DNA of 64,000 nt. Origin: Dehalococcoidia bacterium. Lineage in GTDB: Bacteria > Chloroflexota > Dehalococcoidia > Bin125. Of the stretch, positions 1-8,272 are shown in pieces (within the stretch, counting starts at the first letter, position 1; each line of letters opens with the position of its first letter). The DNA lies in NCBI GenBank assembly GCA_965203775.1, contig OZ241913.1, positions 2,192,015 through 2,256,014 on the forward strand, in the 5' to 3' direction. The position numbers and the translations under genes are program-made. The notes below the pieces were generated by a model. That model did no database searches, was not told the origin of the DNA, and worked only from the letters and a program-made list of their open reading frames with translations.

Positions 1-741
1 ACCTTTCACAGCGCCGAGCAATCCGCGCAACGGCTCTACGAGCGCTATGCGCGCGTCCTGCGCCCGCTGGCGCGCCGCGCCGCCGCGCAGATCGTCGTCT
101 CCACCGCCGCGCTCGACACCGCCCGCCCAATCCTCGCCGGCCCCGCCGCGATCATCCCGCCCTGCATCGAACCGTTCGACGCCGGGTCTGCCGCGCCGCC
201 CGCCGACGCCGGCGCGGCGATTCTGTACGTAGGCCGCGACGAGCCGCGCAAGGGCTTGCCCATCCTGCTCGCCGCGTTCGCGCTGCTTGAGAACGCGCAG
301 GCCACGCTGGACATCGCCGGCCCGATGCGGCCAACCGCGCGCAAGCTGGTCGAGCTGCTCGAGCTGACGCCCCGCGTCCGCTTTCACGGCCCCCTATCGA
401 GCGGCGAGGTGCGGCGGCTGCTGGCCAAGTCCACGCTGCTCTGCGCCCCCGCCATGGGCGGCGAAGCGCTCGGACTGGTGCTGGTCGAGGCGATGGCCGC
501 CGGCCTGCCGGTCGTCGCCTCCGACATCGACGGCTATCGCATCGCCGCCCGCGGCGGACGCGCCGCGCTGCTCGTCCCGCCCGGCGACGCCGTCGCGCTG
601 ACGGAAGCGATCGAGCAGGCGCTCGCCAATCCACGCCTGCGCGGCCAATTGAGCGCCGCAGGCCGCGCGGCGGCCCGCCGCTTCGACGCCGCAATCGTGG
701 GCGATGAGCACATTCGCGTCTATAACCGTCTGCTCGGCTAG
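1..741 (+). CDS. Glycosyltransferase family 1 (GT4-type), C-terminal part; 5' end lies outside the window
   Basis: Frame 1 is open from nt 1. C-terminal motifs typical of GT4 (GPxxxGEVxxLLxxSTLLCAPAxxGEAxGLVLVEAMAAGLPVVASDIDG). Confidence 0.8.
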   Translation, partial: TFHSAEQSAQRLYERYARVLRPLARRAAAQIVVSTAALDTARPILAGPAAIIPPCIEPFDAGSAAPPADAGAAILYVGRDEPRKGLPILLAAFALLENAQATLDIAGPMRPTARKLVELLELTPRVRFHGPLSSGEVRRLLAKSTLLCAPAMGGEALGLVLVEAMAAGLPVVASDIDGYRIAARGGRAALLVPPGDAVALTEAIEQALANPRLRGQLSAAGRAAARRFDAAIVGDEHIRVYNRLLG

Positions 742-844
742 TTATGCTGGACCTTTGTTATCGCGCCGTGTATTAGCCGAATGTGATTGACGCTGCGATG
801 ACGAGAAAACAGCGCAGACCTGTCTAACGTGGCGTCATCGCCTC

Positions 845-1525
845 GTGGCGGCGGGGCTTCTCACACAAAGCGCAGCAGTGTCGTTACTTCCCCACACGCT
901 GTCGCAATCAATCTCCGAGCGGGTCGGCCGCGCGGTCGCCCGTACCGGACTCACGCCCAACCTGCTCACCCTGATCGGACTGTTCGGCATGGGCGGCGCG
1001 GGCTACCTCGCCTCGATCGGCTGGTTCTGGCAGGCCGGCATCGTAATGCTCGCCGCCGGCGCGTTCGACCTGTTCGACGGCGCAGTCGCCCGCTACACAA
1101 ACCAGGCCAGCGACTGGGGCGCAGTCTTCGACGCCGTCAGCGACCGCCTGGCCGACTTCGCAATCCTCTTCGGCCTGCTCTTCTGGTACCTTGGCGAGGA
1201 TCGCTTCGACCGCACGGCGATCATCCTGATCGTGCTCAGCCTGAGCGGCTCGATGCTGGTCTCCTACACCCGCTCCAAGGCCGCCGAGTTCGGCATCCAA
1301 ATCCGCTCCGGCCTGGGCACCCGCCTCGAACGCCTGCTGATCATGGCCATCGGCCTGCTCTCCGGCCAGGTCGTCGCCATCCTCTGGCTGCTCGCCGCCC
1401 TCTCCAACCTCACCGCCCTCCAACGCTGGGTAATGACCTGGCTGGCCACGCGCCAACTCGAGCAAGAGTCCGCCGCAACCCAAGAGCCCGCCCCCCTGGA
1501 AAGCCCCTTCAACCGCGAGCTCTAA
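845..1525 (+). CDS. CDP-alcohol phosphatidyltransferase family protein (PgsA/PIP-synthase-like)
   Basis: DLFDGAVAR...G...D signature of CDP-OH phosphotransferases with multiple TM segments. The start may be a downstream GTG/ATG. Confidence 0.75.
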   Translation: MAAGLLTQSAAVSLLPHTLSQSISERVGRAVARTGLTPNLLTLIGLFGMGGAGYLASIGWFWQAGIVMLAAGAFDLFDGAVARYTNQASDWGAVFDAVSDRLADFAILFGLLFWYLGEDRFDRTAIILIVLSLSGSMLVSYTRSKAAEFGIQIRSGLGTRLERLLIMAIGLLSGQVVAILWLLAALSNLTALQRWVMTWLATRQLEQESAATQEPAPLESPFNREL

Positions 1526-1535
1526 CCCCCACGCG

Positions 1536-1812
1536 CGCTTCCCTCTCCGTCATTCCTGCGCAGGCAGGAACCCACACCCCCACCGTCATTCCTGCGCCCC
1601 TCTCCCGTCATTCCTGCGCAGGCAGGAACCCGCACCCTCCAACCGTCACACCCGCGCCCCTCTCCCGTCATTCCTGCGCAGGCAGGAACCCGCGCCCCCA
1701 ACCGTCATTCCCGCGCCCCCTCTCCGTCATTCCTGCGCAGGCAGGAACCCGCGCCCCAACCGCCATTCCCGCGCCCCTCCCCGTCATTCCTGCGCAGGCA
1801 GGAACCACCCAC
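1536..1812. repeat. MITE-like repeat cluster 1: five tandem copies of the 'ccgtcattcctgcgcaggcaggaacc' hairpin unit with 'ccgtcattcctgcgccc' spacers
   Basis: Direct inspection. Produces spurious ORFs encoding '...SVIPAQAGT...' and 'FLPAQE'. Confidence 0.9.
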
Positions 1813-1846
1813 CCCAAACCTCACGGTCTCCTTTACAATAGTTCGG

Positions 1847-3391
1847 ATGAGTGCGCCCACCCACGCCGCGATCGGCATCAGCGACAACGACGCCGCCCTC
1901 TCCGACCTCGCAGAGGTCGCCGTAGTCCGCTTCACGCCCGATGAACTCACAGACGAGCCCCAAGTCGAGCAGCTGCGCCCGCCGCTCGATCCCGAGCTCA
2001 CCGACGACATCCTGATCGGGCACGACGCCCCTGAGCTCCTCAAGCGCTTGCGCCAGGCAGGTGCGAACATCGGCAAGCCGCCCATCGATACGCTGGCGAT
2101 CGCTCGCGTGCTCGAACCAACCGCGCGGTCCTACCAGCTCAACGACCTCTGCGCGCAATACCGGATCGCCCCGGCCATCCGGCCCGACGCTCTCGCCGAC
2201 GCCGAGAGCACTCATCTGCTGTTCCTGGCGTTGCGCAGCCGCTGGACGCGCCTCCCGCCCAAAGTGCAGGCCAAGCTGTTCGCGCTCAGCCAAGCGGCTG
2301 GCTTCGCGTCGCCGCTCCGCGCCTTCATCGCCGCAATGCCGGGCCGGGCGAACATTCCGCTGTTGCGCAGACCGGTTGAGCCGCCGCGCCGCCCGCCCCC
2401 GGCGGACGATCAACCCCGCGAAGAGGAGCAGCCCCAACAAGTCAAACTGAGCGGAAAACGCATCACTCAAATGACCGCCTCCGTGTTCGGCGGCGCAACC
2501 TCAAACTCGGTGTCTCCCATGGAATCGCGTCAGGAGCAGCGGGACATGGCCGATGATCTCGCCCGCGTGCTGAACAACGGCGGCATCGGGCTAATCGAAG
2601 CCGGCACCGGCGTCGGCAAGTCGCTCGCCTACCTCGTCCCAGCCGCGATCTGGGCGGCGGCCAAAGGGCGGCGCGTGATGGTCGTCACCCACACCAAGAA
2701 CCTCCAGGGCCAATTGCTCGAAAACGAGGTTCCGCGCCTGCGTACGATGCTTGAGCGCCAACTGCCCGAAGTCGCGCCGGCGCTTCGCGCGACGATCCTG
2801 AAGGGACGGAACAACTACCTCTGTCGCCGCAACGTGGACCGCGCGCTCGACGCCTGGCTCGAACACGACGACGACCGCGAGAACGTTCCCGAATTACTGC
2901 TAGCTCAAGTCATCGTCTGGGAAAACACGACCGCCGTCGGCGATCGCGAAGAATTGCAGCTGACAGAGAGCGACGAACCAGGGTGGGGGCGACTCTCCGC
3001 GCGCGGCGCATCCTGTCTCAGCGATGGTTGCCCCTACGTTGAAGACGGCACATGCTTCCTTGACCGCGCCTACAAGCGCGCCGAGCGTTCGCATCTGGTT
3101 ATCGCTAACCAGTGGCTGCTGATCGCCAGTCTCCTCGTGAAAAAGTCGCGCGTGCCTCACGCGCCCGTGGTGATCATCGACGAAGCACACTTCTTCGAAG
3201 ATGTAGCGACGGACATGTTCGGGGACAAGATCTCGCAACGAACCATCTTAGACCGAGTTGACCGTGTCGCTTCGGAGAAGCAGCGACGCACCAAGACGCT
3301 TGAGCGCCGGGCGCTCGAGATCGGTCTGGGCCCTCAAACATCGCTGATCATCCAGGCGCGCCAAACGCGCGAATCAGTTTTCGTATTGTAG
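1847..3391 (+). CDS. dinG: DinG-family ATP-dependent helicase, N-terminal segment with a degenerate DnaQ-like exonuclease domain; ends at an in-frame TAG
   Basis: Walker A-like GTGVGKSLAYLVPA, DEAH box VVIIDEAHFFED, and an N-terminal exonuclease-like region lacking the DxE catalytic motif. Same frame as 3419..4645. Confidence 0.7.
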   Translation: MSAPTHAAIGISDNDAALSDLAEVAVVRFTPDELTDEPQVEQLRPPLDPELTDDILIGHDAPELLKRLRQAGANIGKPPIDTLAIARVLEPTARSYQLNDLCAQYRIAPAIRPDALADAESTHLLFLALRSRWTRLPPKVQAKLFALSQAAGFASPLRAFIAAMPGRANIPLLRRPVEPPRRPPPADDQPREEEQPQQVKLSGKRITQMTASVFGGATSNSVSPMESRQEQRDMADDLARVLNNGGIGLIEAGTGVGKSLAYLVPAAIWAAAKGRRVMVVTHTKNLQGQLLENEVPRLRTMLERQLPEVAPALRATILKGRNNYLCRRNVDRALDAWLEHDDDRENVPELLLAQVIVWENTTAVGDREELQLTESDEPGWGRLSARGASCLSDGCPYVEDGTCFLDRAYKRAERSHLVIANQWLLIASLLVKKSRVPHAPVVIIDEAHFFEDVATDMFGDKISQRTILDRVDRVASEKQRRTKTLERRALEIGLGPQTSLIIQARQTRESVFVL

Positions 3392-3418
3392 GACCAACTC
3401 GAGCAACTGCACGCCGAA

Positions 3419-4645
3419 ATGCTGAGCGAGCGCAGCGACGACGCCACGCTGCGCCTGACCGATGTCGTCCGCGAATCAGCCGCATGGCGCCGAGTCCTCA
3501 AGCGCTGGCAGATCTCAAAGGAGCGAATCGAAGCGCTGGCGCAAGAGCTTGACGAGTTGAGTGAGGCAGGGCGTGAGCAGGCAGAGGACGCGGACGGCGA
3601 ACAGCGCACCGATCTGTTTAAGCTCGCAGATGATGTTTCGTGGGCGGCGAGTTCTCTTCGGGATTCGGCGAAAGGTGTCGGTGCCATTCTCGCAGCAGAG
3701 CCGGAACAAACGGTGGCTTGGCTCGATCTGGCTGAGCCCGACGCCGACGAGCCGGAACTGACGCTGAAGGAGGCACCCTTGAACGTCGGCCCAGTACTGA
3801 ACAGCTTGCTGTGGTCGCAGCGTGAGTCTCGCCACGCCATCGTTCTGACCGGCGCGACGCTGACCGTGAGGCAGCGCTGGGATTTCCTGCGTGATCGTCT
3901 GGCGCTGCCGACTGCCGCCCGCGAGAAGCTGTATGGCTCGCCGTTCGACTACCAGCGCCACTCGCGCATCTTCATCACCAGCGACCTGCCGCGCCCGCCC
4001 CGCCGCGATGCCCCCGACGAATACAAAGCCAAATACGAAGCCGCCCTTGCCGAGGCGATCACGCGGCTCGCGGGCACTGCGGACGGCCGCACGATGGTGC
4101 TCTTCACGTCGTACAGCACAATGAACAATGTCGCCGGTCTGGCGCGCGCCGCTCTCGAAGATCGCGGCCTGCAACTCAAGGTTCAACGAAGTGACGGCAG
4201 CCCGGCTGCGGTGACCGATGCGCTCAGAAGCGTGCCGCAGACCGTCGTGTTCGGCGTCGATTCACTCTGGACCGGCGTCGACATCCCCGGCGAAAACCTG
4301 TCGCTGCTGATCATCTGTCGTTTGCCGTTCGACCATCCGAACGATCCGGTTCACGCCGCACGCAGCGAACAATACAAGGATGGATTCCGCGCACTCACCC
4401 TACCGCTCGCAATCCTGCGGTTGCGGCAAGGTTTCGGCCGCCTGATCCGCAACCGCAGCGACCGCGGCATCTGCGTCATCCTTGACTCGCGGCTCAACAC
4501 CAAGTCCTACCGGGGCTACGTTCGCCAATCGCTGCCGCGCAAACTGGAGTCAGCTCCCGTAACGAAGATCGCAGCCGAGATTGAGGAGTTCCTCACTTCC
4601 ACTCCCACCGACAGCCCGGCGCGTGCGACACCCAGGCGCCGATGA
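3419..4645 (+). CDS. dinG: DinG-family helicase, C-terminal segment (helicase C domain)
   Basis: Motifs ICRLPFDHPNDP...RLRQGFGRLIRNRSDRGICVILDSR, typical of the DinG/Rad3 C-terminus. In the same reading frame as 1847..3391, separated by TAG at 3389-3391. Confidence 0.7.
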   Translation: MLSERSDDATLRLTDVVRESAAWRRVLKRWQISKERIEALAQELDELSEAGREQAEDADGEQRTDLFKLADDVSWAASSLRDSAKGVGAILAAEPEQTVAWLDLAEPDADEPELTLKEAPLNVGPVLNSLLWSQRESRHAIVLTGATLTVRQRWDFLRDRLALPTAAREKLYGSPFDYQRHSRIFITSDLPRPPRRDAPDEYKAKYEAALAEAITRLAGTADGRTMVLFTSYSTMNNVAGLARAALEDRGLQLKVQRSDGSPAAVTDALRSVPQTVVFGVDSLWTGVDIPGENLSLLIICRLPFDHPNDPVHAARSEQYKDGFRALTLPLAILRLRQGFGRLIRNRSDRGICVILDSRLNTKSYRGYVRQSLPRKLESAPVTKIAAEIEEFLTSTPTDSPARATPRRR

Positions 4646-4710
4646 CGCGCCGCGCCGCAAACGCTCCAGACCTGGCAAGCGCTCAACCCGGCCGATCGGG
4701 GGTCTGAGAT

Positions 4711-5082
4711 TCAGGCCGCGAGCGGACGCAGCAGTTCGACGAGGCGCCCCACCCGTTCGAGATAGGCGCTCACATCTTGGGCTTCGAGGAAGCCGTCGTA
4801 GAAGTTCTGGTGCAGCGTGTTTGCCGCGCTGAAGTAATCGCGCAACTCGCCCTGTCCAGTCTCCTCAACAAGGCGGCGGATCGCCCGGTGCAGCTGGCCA
4901 GGACCATTGTGATCCCAGCCTCGCGCCTCGGCAACCGCCTTCACCATCCGCGCCGCCGCTCCCCAGCCCTTCTCCGACGCCTGTAGCAGGTCGTCGTCGG
5001 CCAGCTCAGCATGCGCCCGGGCCAGAAATTCGCTGGCCGTCTCAACGTGGTAGTCGGTGCGAGTCGTCATGGCGTCCAGCAT
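4711..5082 (-). CDS. Hypothetical protein, HEPN/PaREP1-like small helical protein
   Basis: ORF with good high-GC codon bias, abutting the Uma2 gene. ATG at 5082 is the likely start and the upstream extension is unlikely. Family assignment is from memory only. Confidence 0.45.
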   Translation of the reverse strand: MLDAMTTRTDYHVETASEFLARAHAELADDDLLQASEKGWGAAARMVKAVAEARGWDHNGPGQLHRAIRRLVEETGQGELRDYFSAANTLHQNFYDGFLEAQDVSAYLERVGRLVELLRPLAA

Positions 5083-5112
5083 ACCTGCGCGGCGGACGCA
5101 GCGCGTTACCAA

Positions 5113-5748
5113 TCAGGACGCAGGCCACCAGACGGCGCTCAGCTCCACCACCAGCCCGGGCAGCACAGCCTCGCCGGAGAGCGTCTCGGGCCGCTCCAAC
5201 TGCTCCGGCTCCTGTCCCGGGCGGTAGATGTAGGCGATGTCGTCGAACGGATCGATCAGCCAGGCCAGCCGCGCGCCGTGGTCGATCCAGAACTGCATCT
5301 TGGTCAGCTGGTCGGAGAGTCGGTCCGACGGCGAGCGCACCTCGATCACAAAGTCGGGGCAGAGCGGCAGCATCCGCTCGCGCTCTTCGCGCGTCTGCGG
5401 CAGCCGGTCGCCGGCCACCCAGGCAAGATCGGGCGCTCTGAGGAAGCGCCCGCCGATGCGGTAGAACCCGTCGGTGCCTGTGATACGGCCGTGGCCTTGG
5501 GCCGCGATCCAGGCATGGACCTGCGTCGCGAGATCGAGCGATCGGGAGCTGCTCTCGAACCCTGCGCCACCCATGATCACCAGCCTTCCTTGCTCGTCGA
5601 CCTCGAAGCGCCAGCCGGGGTTGAGCTCGCAGAGCTCGTGAAACGCCTCGTCGGTGAACTCCCACTCCGGCGGCAGGCGCAGGCGCGACGGCTCGACCCC
5701 CTCGACGAGGAGCGTCGCGGACTCAGCAGGCTTCGTTGCCGTAACCAT
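5113..5748 (-). CDS. Uma2-family endonuclease (DUF820, putative restriction-endonuclease-like fold)
   Basis: Full-length similarity pattern of Uma2/DUF820 proteins (PE-(D/E)xK-like core: PDFVIEVRSPSD...). Confidence 0.8.
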   Translation of the reverse strand: MVTATKPAESATLLVEGVEPSRLRLPPEWEFTDEAFHELCELNPGWRFEVDEQGRLVIMGGAGFESSSRSLDLATQVHAWIAAQGHGRITGTDGFYRIGGRFLRAPDLAWVAGDRLPQTREERERMLPLCPDFVIEVRSPSDRLSDQLTKMQFWIDHGARLAWLIDPFDDIAYIYRPGQEPEQLERPETLSGEAVLPGLVVELSAVWWPAS

Positions 5749-5787
5749 GATCGAGCCAGGCTGGCGGCCGGCGGCGCGCCGGCGGCC

Positions 5788-6423
5788 CTACGTGTTGGCG
5801 CGCGCCAGATCGATCAGCTCGTCGACCGTCGCGTCGCGCCACGACGCCCACTCGTCCGACGATTGCAGATCGCGGTAGGCCTTGCCGATCCGCGCGCGCA
5901 TCTCCTCTTCCGACTCGCCGTCCTGGCGGCTGAAGAGCTTCTGCATGTTGGCCATGTGCTGGTTGGCCACCGCGGGGCGCTCGATCCAGTGCCCCACGTA
6001 CTCGTGCTCCGGCGTGTAGAGCACCGCGGTCGGGATCGACTCGTGCTGGCCGTCCTTGAGGAACTCCGACATGATGTCGCTGTTCTCGTCGCGCACGAAG
6101 ATGCGCAGTTCCCAGCCCGCGTTGGCCGCGATCTCGGCCAGCACCGGTAGCCCGCGGTAGACATCCGGGCACCAGTCCTCGCCCAGCACCAGCATCTTCA
6201 GGCGCGGCAGCGACTGGAGCGCCGCGCGCGCGTCGTCCGACAGCTGCCAGGCCGCCATGTTGCGCACGAAGCGCGTGCTGTTGTCGCCGCGCGGATTGCC
6301 GTTCGGCGCCGGCCGCTGCTGATTCTCCTCCGACGCGATGTAGGCCAGATACTGATTCCAGGTCAGGCCCGACTTGAACCGCTCGGGCGTCACGACCGAG
6401 TCTTTCACCGCAGTAGTCATCTC
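5788..6423 (-). CDS. Thioredoxin-fold family protein (single-Cys WCPDV motif)
   Basis: Thioredoxin-like fold motif '...LGEDWCPDV...'. ATG at 6423 (MTTAVKDS) chosen as start. Confidence 0.65.
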   Translation of the reverse strand, partial: EMTTAVKDSVVTPERFKSGLTWNQYLAYIASEENQQRPAPNGNPRGDNSTRFVRNMAAWQLSDDARAALQSLPRLKMLVLGEDWCPDVYRGLPVLAEIAANAGWELRIFVRDENSDIMSEFLKDGQHESIPTAVLYTPEHEYVGHWIERPAVANQHMANMQKLFSRQDGESEEEMRARIGKAYRDLQSSDEWASWRDATVDELIDLARANT

Positions 6424-6520
6424 GAACTCCTTCCGACGCCCAGCGTGGGCGTCCACTCTGCGCAGGCTAGCACCGTCGCCGCCGTCGCTGGCCGCGCCTC
6501 CCACCCGCCTGCCCGCCCGC

Positions 6521-6763
6521 CTACTGGTGCTCCTGATGGCAGGGGCAGGAGCACTCGTCGAGCGAGTAGCGCATCACCTCCATGTAGGTCGATTCGGCCA
6601 GATGCTCGGTCAGCGAGTCGGGCAGCTGCAGGCCGCTCGCCTCCCCCGCCTTGCGCACCGCCGCGTAGGCGTAGACCGCCATCGCCGCGGAGCGGTTGAT
6701 CACGTCCGCGATGTCGCTGCGGATTACGCCCTCTTCGCCGGCGTGTCGTTCGTCCACCGCCAT
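6521..6763 (-). CDS. Small hypothetical Cys-rich protein (C-terminal CSCPCH)
   Basis: 80-aa ORF between convergent or divergent genes. C-terminal CxCxC-H could bind metal. Weak support. Confidence 0.3.
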   Translation of the reverse strand: MAVDERHAGEEGVIRSDIADVINRSAAMAVYAYAAVRKAGEASGLQLPDSLTEHLAESTYMEVMRYSLDECSCPCHQEHQ

Positions 6764-6896
6764 TGGCGCCCTCCCGCCGACCTGAGATCGCGCGGCGCGC
6801 AGGCGCGCTCACCGCCCGGCCGACGCCTGTAGGATACACACGCCGACCACCTGTCGGCGCGCCACAGGACCGACGAACCGGAGAGGTGATCTCGCA

Positions 6897-7796
6897 ATGC
6901 CGCCTATGGAATTCGGCGCTCAGATTCCCGCCTGGCACTGGCACTGGGATGTCTCCGAACTGCGCGACTGGGCGCAGGGCGTCGAGGCGATCGGTCTCGA
7001 CTTCATCTCGATGGCCGACCACGTGACCTACGCCTACGAACTGCCCGACCGGCTCACCGACGGCCCCTATCAGGACGATGTGCATCAGCACGAGGTGCTG
7101 ATCACGCTGGCCTGGCTGGCCGCGCAGACCAGCCGCGTCGCGCTGCAGACCAATGTGCTCGTGCTGCCCCAGCGCGAGCCCGTGCTGGTCGCCAAGCAGG
7201 CCGCCGAAATCGACATCCTCTCCGGCGGACGCTTCCGGCTCGGCATCGGCATCGGCTGGCAGGCGCCCGAATTCGAGGCGCTCGGCGTCCCCTTCCGCCA
7301 GCGCCCCTCGCGCATGGAAGAAGCGATCCACGTGCTGCGCGCCTGCTGGACCGAAGAGCCGATCAACTTCGCCGGCCGCTACACCACGATCCGCGAGATG
7401 AGCCTGCTGCCCAAGCCCGTCACGCCCGGCGGCCCGCCGCTGCTCTTCGGCGGCTTCTCCGACCCCGCCCTGGACCGCGCCGCGCGGCTGGGCGACGGCT
7501 GGATCGCCCCCGTGCAGTCGGACGTCGACCACCTGATCGCCTTCACCGACAAGATCCGCGCCGCGCTGGAGCGCCACGGGCGCGAGGCCGACGACTTCCC
7601 GATCCAGTGGCTGCCGCCGCTCGAAACGGACCTCGCAAGCGCCCGCCGCACCCTCACCGCCGCCCGCGACGCCGGCATCACCCGCATCGGCATCGGCATG
7701 CCCAACTACGACCGCGAAGCCGCCGTCCCCGTAGACGACTACCTACGCCACATCGAAACCGCCTGGCGCGAAATCTGGCCCGAGCTGCGCGGATGA
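6897..7796 (+). CDS. LLM-class F420-dependent oxidoreductase (luciferase-like monooxygenase family)
   Basis: Luciferase-like TIM-barrel signature (ISMADHVTY..., LAAQTSRVALQTNVLVLPQREP, IGIGWQAPEFEALG). Confidence 0.85.
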   Translation: MPPMEFGAQIPAWHWHWDVSELRDWAQGVEAIGLDFISMADHVTYAYELPDRLTDGPYQDDVHQHEVLITLAWLAAQTSRVALQTNVLVLPQREPVLVAKQAAEIDILSGGRFRLGIGIGWQAPEFEALGVPFRQRPSRMEEAIHVLRACWTEEPINFAGRYTTIREMSLLPKPVTPGGPPLLFGGFSDPALDRAARLGDGWIAPVQSDVDHLIAFTDKIRAALERHGREADDFPIQWLPPLETDLASARRTLTAARDAGITRIGIGMPNYDREAAVPVDDYLRHIETAWREIWPELRG

Positions 7797-7999
7797 GCTG
7801 CTGCACCAACAACTGGCGTCGCTTCGTCTGGCCGAGTGTCCGCTGCGTCCTGTCGGACCCTCGGCTGTCGGGAGAGGAACGCCGCCGAGAGGCGGATCGC
7901 ATTCTCGATGTGCGTCAGCGAACAATCATCCTGACGATGGTTGGCGGGGGCGTGGTACTCGTTGCCGCAAGCGCCCTGTTCCTCATCTTCCTCCGCTGA
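7793..7999 (+). CDS. Small hypothetical membrane protein (68 aa)
   Basis: ATGA overlap with the stop of the upstream gene, and a C-terminal TM helix (VVLVAASALFLIFL). Weak. Confidence 0.3.
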   Translation: MSCCTNNWRRFVWPSVRCVLSDPRLSGEERRREADRILDVRQRTIILTMVGGGVVLVAASALFLIFLR

Positions 8000-8044
8000 T
8001 TCCGCGAAGAGCTGCGGCGCACTCACGTAGACGGCCCACCCAAG

Positions 8045-8262
8045 CCGCATCCAAGCGCCCCAATTCATCCCTCCTCCCTCCCCAACCGTCATTCCTGCGC
8101 CCCTTCCTCGTCATTCCTGCGCAGGCAGGAACCACCCACCCACTACCCACCCTCTTCCCCAATTCATCCCTCCCCCCTTCCAGGGGGGAGGTTAGGTGGG
8201 GGGTGCGAGGCCGCGAGCCGCCCGCCAGCCCCGCGCCCGCCTCGATCGCCCACGCCCTAGAT
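8045..8262. repeat. MITE-like repeat cluster 2 (A-type 'gtcattcctgcgcaggcaggaac' unit, B-type 'ccctccccccttccaggggggagg' hairpin, and the 'gagccg...cgatcgcccacgcc' module)
   Basis: Direct inspection. Same composite as the clusters at 25.5 kb, 29.0 kb, 46.0 kb and 54.7 kb. Confidence 0.85.
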
Positions 8263-8272
8263 CTGGTCGACC

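Noticed and set aside
829-1944. 371-aa + ORF rich in 'SVIPAQAGT' and proline/arginine
   Set aside because: Overlaps the real CDP-alcohol phosphatidyltransferase gene in another frame, and then is simply the translation of the tandem MITE units (1536-1812). Low-complexity artefact of high GC plus repeats.
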